From: Candidatus Harrisonbacteria bacterium
GTDB taxonomy: Bacteria > Patescibacteriota > Minisyncoccia > UBA6257 > 1-14-0-10-44-23
Direction: 5' to 3'
NCBI GenBank assembly: GCA_023255625.1
Contig: JAHFLF010000002.1
Location: 39,734-103,733, forward strand
DNA: 64,000 nt
Below are positions 57,616 to 64,000 of the stretch, one piece after another. A model generated the notes under the pieces. It worked only from the letters and a program-made list of their open reading frames with translations. It had not been told where the DNA came from and made no database searches. Numbering within the stretch: the first letter of the stretch is position 1; each line of letters opens with the position of its first letter. Both the position numbers and the translations under genes were made by a program.

Positions 57616-58191
57616 CTACAAAAGCTCTCTTGTAGTTCCCGAACTGCCAACCTCTATGATCTCTACATATTCCTCAATGCTAAATTTCAAAAGATCATTG
57701 ATAAATTCTTTTGGCAATAAAAACTTACCTATCCAGACGCTGTTCTGCAACTTTTGGAAGCCGAGTCTTTTGAGAACTGCACGGAGCCATTCGCGCTGCT
57801 TACGCAGCTTTTCTGGAATGTCATATGCGATAACGATTAACTTCTTGCCCGGCTTGGCCTCGTAGCTAGCGCCGATTGCTCTGCGTGTATTCTCGGCACG
57901 CAAAACATCGCGGCGCCTCCTACCGTCTGCTGTGAGAGAGTATCTAATTACATCACCAACCTTCCGCGCTGAAATAAGCTCATTTTTCTTAATGTAAGAA
58001 AGCATATTCATATAACGCATATAGCGCTTGCGTCGCTGTACACGCAGAACCCTTGCCTCTGCTACACTACCAAAGATATTTTGAGTGAACTCGTCGGTCA
58101 TCGTTAGCACCCCAATCACCTCTACTGCCGTCAGGGCGCCGTCGCTAAGCGCATCAAGGATTTTAATTGTCAGATTCGCCGGCTTTCCCAT
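57616..58191 (-). CDS. PaaX-family-like regulator: N-terminal winged HTH plus C-terminal Cas2-like domain
   Basis: C-terminal KKLIVIAYDIPEKLRKQREWLRAVLKRLGFQKLQNSVWIG closely resembles the Cas2 core (VV-YDI-d-krr-kv-k-L-yG-rvQnSVF). No CRISPR array or other cas genes in the window. Confidence 0.45.
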   Translation of the reverse strand: MGKPANLTIKILDALSDGALTAVEVIGVLTMTDEFTQNIFGSVAEARVLRVQRRKRYMRYMNMLSYIKKNELISARKVGDVIRYSLTADGRRRRDVLRAENTRRAIGASYEAKPGKKLIVIAYDIPEKLRKQREWLRAVLKRLGFQKLQNSVWIGKFLLPKEFINDLLKFSIEEYVEIIEVGSSGTTRELL

Positions 58192-58292
58192 AATCCATGT
58201 AAATGAATTTGATATAGTTATTGAACGACCGTTTTTTAATTATAGCACTTGATGACCTAACGGATACGCCAAAAACGATTCTTTCCTTGTGG

Positions 58293-59840
58293 TTATTTTA
58301 CGAAATACCTCTTCTTAATCTCCTCATCGATCGAATTTTGCGCTGCGGCTGCACGCTCTTTTGCCTTGGCTTTCAGAGGTTCAAGCTCATCGTTTGATAG
58401 TTTCGCAAGATCAGCGGCTCGCTTCAACAAAATTTCTTTCGTGTTTAATGTCGGGTCGCCAAGCACCTCTTCGAGCAATACCGCAATAATCTGCCCGATT
58501 AAACGGCCGGCAGGAATCTTGAGCTCCTTCATCAAGTCCTCGCCGTTAATCGCCAGCATCTTCGCGCTGATCGGATCAGTTTTCACCTTTTCAATCATGG
58601 CGAGCAGATAGCGTAGACGATACGGCTGGGCTTTGGGCACGCCGCTACCAATCCGGTCGGCCTCGCGGACGCGAACCAAATCATCAATATTTTCTGCGCC
58701 AACCCGTGCCAGCAGTCGCCGCACACCGGCCAGCGTAACAATTTCCGGATCATAGACAAACATGTGCTCGTACACGAGCATGCTGACCTGATCAATAATC
58801 TCGTTACTGAAATGCAACCGCGTCAGCATCTTTGCCGCCATCTTTGCCCCGACTACCTGGTGACTATAGAAAGTCCAATCGCCTTTTTTGCCTGCACGCA
58901 CCTTTTTACCCGTTGCCGTATCTTTCCAAACCCGGGTTGCCGGCTTGCCAACATCGTGCAGTAGTGCCGCAAGCCGCACCGCCAGCGAATGGCCCTTAGT
59001 TGCAGAATATTCCAACGATTTTAGATTGTGCTCATAGACATCGTAAATATGATGCTGGTTCTGCTCGCAGCCCACACCATCGAGGAGTTCCGGCAGCACG
59101 AACTTCAGCAGTCCGGTCGTACGCATGATCTCAATTCCCTCGCCGGCACGCTTAGTCATGATCATCTTCGTCAGCTCATCGCGGATCCGCTCGGCGGCGA
59201 TGTGCTCGAGTAATTTTGCTTCGGCTTTAAGCGCCTCCATTGTTTCTTTCTCAATCTTAAAACCAAGTTGAGCATGGAAACGAACTGCTCGCATCAGCCG
59301 GAGCGCGTCTTCGCGAAATCGCTCGCCAGCGTCTCCGACTGCGCGAAGCATCCCTTCGACAAGGTCATGCTGACCGCCGAATGGATCAACTAATAACTTA
59401 TGACTCATAACTAATAACTGGAAACGCTCGCCCTCGTTATTTGTTATAAGTTCTAAGTTATGAGTTAAGTCGACCGCCATCGCATTCACAGTAAAATCCC
59501 GCCGCGCCAAATCCTCTTCAATAGTTTTCACAAACTTCACCTCATCCGGCCGGCGCTTGTCGCTGTAACTGCCCTCGGTACGGAAGGTTGTAACTTCGAT
59601 AATCTTGCAAGTCGGATCCATACTCTCGGTCTTCACGCCGACCGTACCAAAGCTATTTTCGTAAACGCTATCCGGAAACAATAAATGCACCTGCTCTGGC
59701 AAAGCATCGGTAGCAATATCCCAGTCCTTTGGCGGAACATCAGTCAGCAAATCGCGCAAACAACCGCCGACTAAATACGCTTTGTATTTATTAGCGTGCA
59801 GAATAGCGGCGATTTGTAAAACCTCTTTGGCAATTTGCAT
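58293..59840 (-). CDS. cca: CCA-adding tRNA nucleotidyltransferase / poly(A) polymerase family with HD domain
   Basis: Likely start MQIAKEVLQIA...; LVGGCLRDLL...DWDIAT head domain; HD motif LAALLHDVGK. Confidence 0.8.
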   Translation of the reverse strand: MQIAKEVLQIAAILHANKYKAYLVGGCLRDLLTDVPPKDWDIATDALPEQVHLLFPDSVYENSFGTVGVKTESMDPTCKIIEVTTFRTEGSYSDKRRPDEVKFVKTIEEDLARRDFTVNAMAVDLTHNLELITNNEGERFQLLVMSHKLLVDPFGGQHDLVEGMLRAVGDAGERFREDALRLMRAVRFHAQLGFKIEKETMEALKAEAKLLEHIAAERIRDELTKMIMTKRAGEGIEIMRTTGLLKFVLPELLDGVGCEQNQHHIYDVYEHNLKSLEYSATKGHSLAVRLAALLHDVGKPATRVWKDTATGKKVRAGKKGDWTFYSHQVVGAKMAAKMLTRLHFSNEIIDQVSMLVYEHMFVYDPEIVTLAGVRRLLARVGAENIDDLVRVREADRIGSGVPKAQPYRLRYLLAMIEKVKTDPISAKMLAINGEDLMKELKIPAGRLIGQIIAVLLEEVLGDPTLNTKEILLKRAADLAKLSNDELEPLKAKAKERAAAAQNSIDEEIKKRYFVK

Positions 59841-59847
59841 AATAATT

Positions 59848-59919
59848 TGTGCCCTCGTGAGGAATCGAACCTCAATCCTCTGGTTCGAAGCCAGAAGTCC
59901 TATCCGTTGAACGACAAGG
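59848..59919 (-). tRNA. tRNA-Arg (anticodon TCG)
   Basis: Minus-strand fold: acceptor GCCCTTG/CGAGGGC (one G-U), D-arm GTTC-AACGGATA-GGAC, anticodon stem TCTGG/CCAGA with loop CTTCGAA, T-arm TGAGG-TTCGATT-CCTCA, discriminator A. Confidence 0.85.
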
Positions 59920-59954
59920 GCCACATACAAATCCTACCCTAATCAGACAAAAAC

Positions 59955-60022
59955 AAAAAGCCCGGCATCGTTTCGCGGGACTGTGAGTCAAGTGTCTCGC
60001 GAAACGAACCGGGCTTCATTTT
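59955..60022 (-). terminator. Long bidirectional intrinsic terminator after the 60030..60725 gene
   Basis: AAAAAGCCCGG-cat-CGTTTCGCGGGAC...GTCTCGCGAAACG-aa-CCGGGCTT-ca-TTTTTT. Confidence 0.55.
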
Positions 60023-60029
60023 TTCTAAT

Positions 60030-60725
60030 CTACTTTCTCATCTCCTCTCCCCAGCGGCCAAGAAAACGCGCCGCCTGATCCTTACCGCCCAGACCAAAGG
60101 CCAATCCGCCGGCCAGAGCCAGCATAGCAATGAGCCCAGTAACTAAAGTTTGGATGATGCCGGTGTTAACTCCGACCTGCGGCAAAGCCGTCAGGAAACC
60201 GAAAACAACGACAACCCACCAGACTAATACACCAAGACCTCGGGCGTGATGCAACTTTGCACCAGCCACCGAAGCGGTAACCAGGTTACGAAGGAAGTTG
60301 GCAACAACCATTGCAGCCAGCATAATCAAGGTCGCGATGATGACATTCGGGATAAAGGCCAAAACGCTCTTCAAGAAATCCGAGAAGGCGCCAAATTTGA
60401 GAATCTCCGAAGCCGCGAGCAGGAATGCCACGACGATAAACCAATAAACTAGCTTACCGACAAACACGCCGACATTCAGCTTGATGTTGGCGCGCTCCAG
60501 GTAACCCTCAACCTCTGCCTTGCGCATGACCGAATCAATTCGCAGATAGTGGACAATGCGCTCCACCAGCTTTTCCAGCAATGAGGCGATGATTAAACCG
60601 ATAATAAAAACAACCACCGCGCCAATCAGCGCCGGCAAGAAAGAAACAACCGTGCTCCACAAACCGGAAAGCGAATTACCAGTAGTGTTAATCCATTCGT
60701 TAAAAATCGTGCTGTCTGGGTACAT
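60030..60725 (-). CDS. Hypothetical polytopic membrane protein (TM-helix-repeat type)
   Basis: Five to six TM helices; no catalytic motif seen. Confidence 0.4.
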   Translation of the reverse strand: MYPDSTIFNEWINTTGNSLSGLWSTVVSFLPALIGAVVVFIIGLIIASLLEKLVERIVHYLRIDSVMRKAEVEGYLERANIKLNVGVFVGKLVYWFIVVAFLLAASEILKFGAFSDFLKSVLAFIPNVIIATLIMLAAMVVANFLRNLVTASVAGAKLHHARGLGVLVWWVVVVFGFLTALPQVGVNTGIIQTLVTGLIAMLALAGGLAFGLGGKDQAARFLGRWGEEMRK

Positions 60726-60902
60726 ATAGTTAGTGAATGTAATATTAATTGATAGTTTTTGTAATATGCGCTGCCACGGGTTGTCCTAAGAAACAGGACT
60801 AATTCGACCGTTCCCGTTTTCTTTACTCATATAAGTATAACCCCGCCAGTAACAGGCGCAAGCATATTTCATGCACAGCCCCGTTGATCCTATAAATTTG
60901 TA

Positions 60903-61346
60903 CTACTGAATCCGCGAAACCAGTAGACCCAATAGGTTTTTGACCGCCCATTGCGCGTCTCTTTCTGTAGCGCTAGTGGTAAATCGTTGCCAAGACGCCA
61001 GTATCTCCTCGTCCTCGAGATCGCGGACGGCGCTTTCCAGTTTCAAACGGGTCTCAAAATCAATCTCGTTATCGGCCTTCAGCACCTTATCAATAAAAAG
61101 CTGGGTGAAGGCCAGGACTTTAGTATTCGTAGCGGCCGCCGTCTGTCGACTTTGAACACGCACAAGCTCCTGGCCGACATCTTTGTAAGCCAGGAAAAAA
61201 TACGCCGAGAGCATGGCGAGCAGAACAATCACGATGCCGGCCAGAATATCTATGCCGGTAACATGGCTGGTCAGGAAGGATTTTAGGGTAACTTCCTTTT
61301 CAATTTTCGAGAGAGTAATTTTTTCCATAGTAGCTAGTAATAACAA
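60903..61346 (-). CDS. Hypothetical membrane-anchored protein
   Basis: Single N-terminal TM helix and a helical C-terminus. Confidence 0.3.
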   Translation of the reverse strand: MLLLATMEKITLSKIEKEVTLKSFLTSHVTGIDILAGIVIVLLAMLSAYFFLAYKDVGQELVRVQSRQTAAATNTKVLAFTQLFIDKVLKADNEIDFETRLKLESAVRDLEDEEILASWQRFTTSATERDAQWAVKNLLGLLVSRIQ

Positions 61347-61366
61347 GTGATAACTATTGCCTGGCC

Positions 61367-63334
61367 TTACGGCAGGCCCTGAACATCCTCCCTTCTTGGC
61401 GGCCCTACTCCGAGGAGAAGTCGTTCACGGCGTTCTCTTAGTTTATCACGGTAGAAATTGTAGACCAGGAGAAGGAAAACGATGAGCAGCATAATCTCTT
61501 TCCAATCCAGAGACTTTAGCAATTGGAAACTAGTGGCCAGCTCAATATTTTCATGAACTGCCCGGCCATCCTGCACGATAAACGGCTTGCCTTCGTGAAC
61601 TGAATACCCCGGCGCTTCGACCTTGATTTGATACCAGCCCTGTGGAACTAAAAATGAGTACTGCCCCGTCTGATCAGTAATTTGCGGATTCACCTGCTGG
61701 AATTCTGCGGCCGGCCATGGCTTATATGTGTCTGTTGTCGGGTCAAGCCAGGAAAGCGTTACTATTGCCCCGGGCACGCGCACCTCTTTACCACCTGGAG
61801 CCAATTCATAAACATATCCCTCCGGATCAACTACGGTAACCATTTTCAGTAACTGATCGCCGAGTTTTACATCTTGATAGGAAATCAGAGTGAGTACCTC
61901 GTACTCTCCGCTAGCTACTGGTGCATCTACCTGTGCAGTATAAATACCGTCCTGATCCGGGTCGGTGAATTCAAATTCAGATAAAACTAATGCTGTTTGA
62001 GCGGCTTCGGCGGCATGCGCCGTACTAACACCAAAAAAATCTGCCAGTGGCTGCTCTAGCTGCACGCCAGAGATAACACGATTACGGAATACAATATACC
62101 CTTTCACGCTACTGGCTGAATATTGTGGACGAACAGAGAGTGTTAAAGTTTTACCGACTAAAGTTCGGATTACTTGTTCGCTCTCGCCGCCAGAAGTCAG
62201 GTGCAGGTTTGGTGAAATATCAATTAGCCCACCGGCAAATTTTGCAAATAAAACTCCTTTCGGAAATTTCGCGCGCAGATCAGGCGTCAGTTCAGCAATT
62301 TGCAATGATTTGCCTCCGGAAACTTTTCCGCCAGAAACTGCGGTAATGGGTAGGCGGAGTACATCGGTCAGCCCGGGCATTTTCAAAGAAATTTTCCGCA
62401 GCTTCTCCAGGTCACCGAAACGATTAATCCCGACCTCGGCAAAAAGCTTGCCCAGCTGCGGCACCTGGCCGGCTAAGTTGCGCAATTCTTCCGGAAGCGG
62501 CCGGAAGACAAATTCGTTGAGTACCTCGCGGGAAATCAACCGCCATTTTGCTTGAAAGGCCAGCGGCGAATTTTTTGGAACAACATCTTCCAGTGGCACT
62601 TTGCCGATAACTAACGGCGGCGGCTTTGGCTGAAAAATCCCGCTGATTACATCTACAATTTTATCAATAATGCCGACCGGCGGTTGCTCGACCGGAGTTA
62701 CGATAATTCCCGGTGGCGGCATGGCCGGTGACGGCCCAGGACTGATATATATTGGTGGCGCATAGCTACTACCACCGCCACCGCTGGCGGCATGGAAAGC
62801 TTGAGGAAATGCCGAAACCTCCAGCGAGGTCGCGACAACGCTGCCGCTCTCTTTTACCCGAACAACAAAATAGTACTGTTGCGAAAAAGACAGATTAGAA
62901 ATAATCGCCGAAAGTCCGCTTTGGCCGCTAGCAAAGGTGTATGGCCCGCCGCTAGTCAGCGAAACACCCGGTTCATAACTCGGGCTATTAACCTCCTGCG
63001 CCGCAGTCCAAGTCAGTGTTACATCGCCGTAATCCGGCCCGCTGATTGCAGTTACAACCGGCGCCACAACATTTACACCAACTCCGGCCTCGCCAGGAAC
63101 TATCTGAAAACCGGTTGAAGTTGCTTTGCTACCGGAAATAAACGGGATTCCTCCCTGAACTCGAAAACTGGTCGAAGTGGAAACGCCGCTCAATTCTTCA
63201 ATGCTTGGATTTCTAACCTTAAAGTTTGAAGACGAAAAATCTGCAGCAAAAATTGGCGATGCGCCAAGTAGACCAATGAGTCCGGCCAGACCTATCAGCC
63301 CTATCGGTCGTATAAGCCGCGTGCGGAAAATCAT
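61367..63334 (-). CDS. Secreted/cell-surface protein with Fn3-like and carboxypeptidase-regulatory-like (prealbumin-fold) domains and a C-terminal TM anchor
   Basis: Signal MIFRTRLIRPIGLIGLAGLIGLLGASPIFA; YGDVTLTWTAAQ...YYFVVRV (Fn3-like); DQTGQYSFLVPQGWYQIKVEAPGY (CarbopepD_reg-like); C-terminal EIMLLIVFLLLVYNFY helix. Confidence 0.45.
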   Translation of the reverse strand: MIFRTRLIRPIGLIGLAGLIGLLGASPIFAADFSSSNFKVRNPSIEELSGVSTSTSFRVQGGIPFISGSKATSTGFQIVPGEAGVGVNVVAPVVTAISGPDYGDVTLTWTAAQEVNSPSYEPGVSLTSGGPYTFASGQSGLSAIISNLSFSQQYYFVVRVKESGSVVATSLEVSAFPQAFHAASGGGGSSYAPPIYISPGPSPAMPPPGIIVTPVEQPPVGIIDKIVDVISGIFQPKPPPLVIGKVPLEDVVPKNSPLAFQAKWRLISREVLNEFVFRPLPEELRNLAGQVPQLGKLFAEVGINRFGDLEKLRKISLKMPGLTDVLRLPITAVSGGKVSGGKSLQIAELTPDLRAKFPKGVLFAKFAGGLIDISPNLHLTSGGESEQVIRTLVGKTLTLSVRPQYSASSVKGYIVFRNRVISGVQLEQPLADFFGVSTAHAAEAAQTALVLSEFEFTDPDQDGIYTAQVDAPVASGEYEVLTLISYQDVKLGDQLLKMVTVVDPEGYVYELAPGGKEVRVPGAIVTLSWLDPTTDTYKPWPAAEFQQVNPQITDQTGQYSFLVPQGWYQIKVEAPGYSVHEGKPFIVQDGRAVHENIELATSFQLLKSLDWKEIMLLIVFLLLVYNFYRDKLRERRERLLLGVGPPRREDVQGLP

Positions 63335-63349
63335 TCTAAAAGTATAACA

Positions 63350-63835
63350 CTACTTCTTGTTCTGCTGATAGTTCGCGATGGACTTAACTACATTACTGTC
63401 GCTGCGCAGGTCTTCAACAAGCAAAATCTGGTCGCGGTTGATGTACATTTTATCGGTCGGCCCGTGCAATTCAGCGCCCAACTTTATGAGCGAAAGAATT
63501 GGCTCCGGATCCGGATTTTTCTTAGTCGTTGGCTGCACCTGTTGATGCAAATAATAAATATCCTCGAGCTCAACAAACTGACTGCTCAAACTGTTTGTGA
63601 TTTTGCCAAAATAAACCTGGTTGTTGACCAAAAAAACCGCCTGGTAATCACTGGATTTAACCACAACGGCCGGCTCGACAACTGGCGCTGCACGATCCAA
63701 GGACGGAATGGTAAATCCCGCCAAAAGCAAATAAGAGACAACGGCCAAAGCAATCGCGACAACCAAAATCAAAATTACCAACGACTTCTTCGAGCTGCGC
63801 TTTTTTGTGTTATCTATATTTTCCTCCATAGTCAA
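63350..63835 (-). CDS. Hypothetical membrane-anchored protein
   Basis: N-terminal TM (LVILILVVAIALAVVSYLLLAGF); no motif. Confidence 0.3.
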   Translation of the reverse strand: MTMEENIDNTKKRSSKKSLVILILVVAIALAVVSYLLLAGFTIPSLDRAAPVVEPAVVVKSSDYQAVFLVNNQVYFGKITNSLSSQFVELEDIYYLHQQVQPTTKKNPDPEPILSLIKLGAELHGPTDKMYINRDQILLVEDLRSDSNVVKSIANYQQNKK

Positions 63836-64000
63836 TAAAAAATTAAGAAACTAATGCTGAAAGTGTATTCTAAATATAGCACACGCTATACTGGTTTCCT
63901 AAAACCTGGCTGCTTGTGGATAAACTCTACTGCTATTCCCTTTCCAGAACTTTGATAATTTTTCCGATTATATCTTTCTTGTTAACCAAACCAAACTGCG

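Noticed and set aside
59395-59480. AT-rich inverted repeat (ataacttatgactcataactaataac / gttataagttctaagttatgagttaag) inside cca, as another in-frame mobile palindrome
   Set aside because: Without an ortholog alignment I cannot show it is an insertion rather than native sequence. It belongs to a different family from the GC-rich elements and only one copy was seen.

Overview
The window is low-GC (about 40-45%), gene-dense and mostly minus-strand. Its gene content resembles a small-genome, CPR/Patescibacteria-like bacterium. Housekeeping genes present: groES-groEL, trxB-grx-dsbA, alaS (apparently without the C-Ala domain), rpoD-dnaG, rpmB (bL28), leuS, tatD and cca. RNA genes: tRNA-Ser(GGA), tRNA-Pro(GGG), tRNA-Pro(CGG) and tRNA-Arg(TCG). 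Two polysaccharide/cell-envelope loci (428-15158 and 27136-34582) hold GT4 glycosyltransferases, two Wzx flippases, FkbM methyltransferases, WbqC, LmbE/PIG-L, MBOAT plus an SGNH-like partner, a sugar phosphotransferase, an epimerase and an O-antigen-ligase/TPR protein. A giant surface protein (35355-38738) carries a peptidoglycan-binding module. Most unusual features: (i) three tandem paralogous membrane proteins (20777-24328) share a near-identical N-terminal anchor module fused to unrelated ectodomains, one with an HExxH motif. (ii) Several sharply GC-rich (>60%) patches sit in the AT-rich backbone (1-420, 40060-40600, 46500-47400, 48170-53100); the largest lies next to tRNA-Pro(GGG). It carries lipoprotein and membrane-protein genes behind near-consensus sigma70 promoters, a duplicated 207-bp element directly after two stop codons, and a family of palindromic elements with a conserved core and covarying arms, mostly in convergent pairs. 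(iii) GC-rich palindromic elements are inserted in-frame inside dnaG (twice) and leuS, reminiscent of Rickettsia palindromic elements. (iv) tRNA-Ser sits inside a 20-bp extended helix followed by a tRNA-like T-arm/acceptor fragment. All calls come from reading the sequence and recalled motifs; no searches or folding programs were run.
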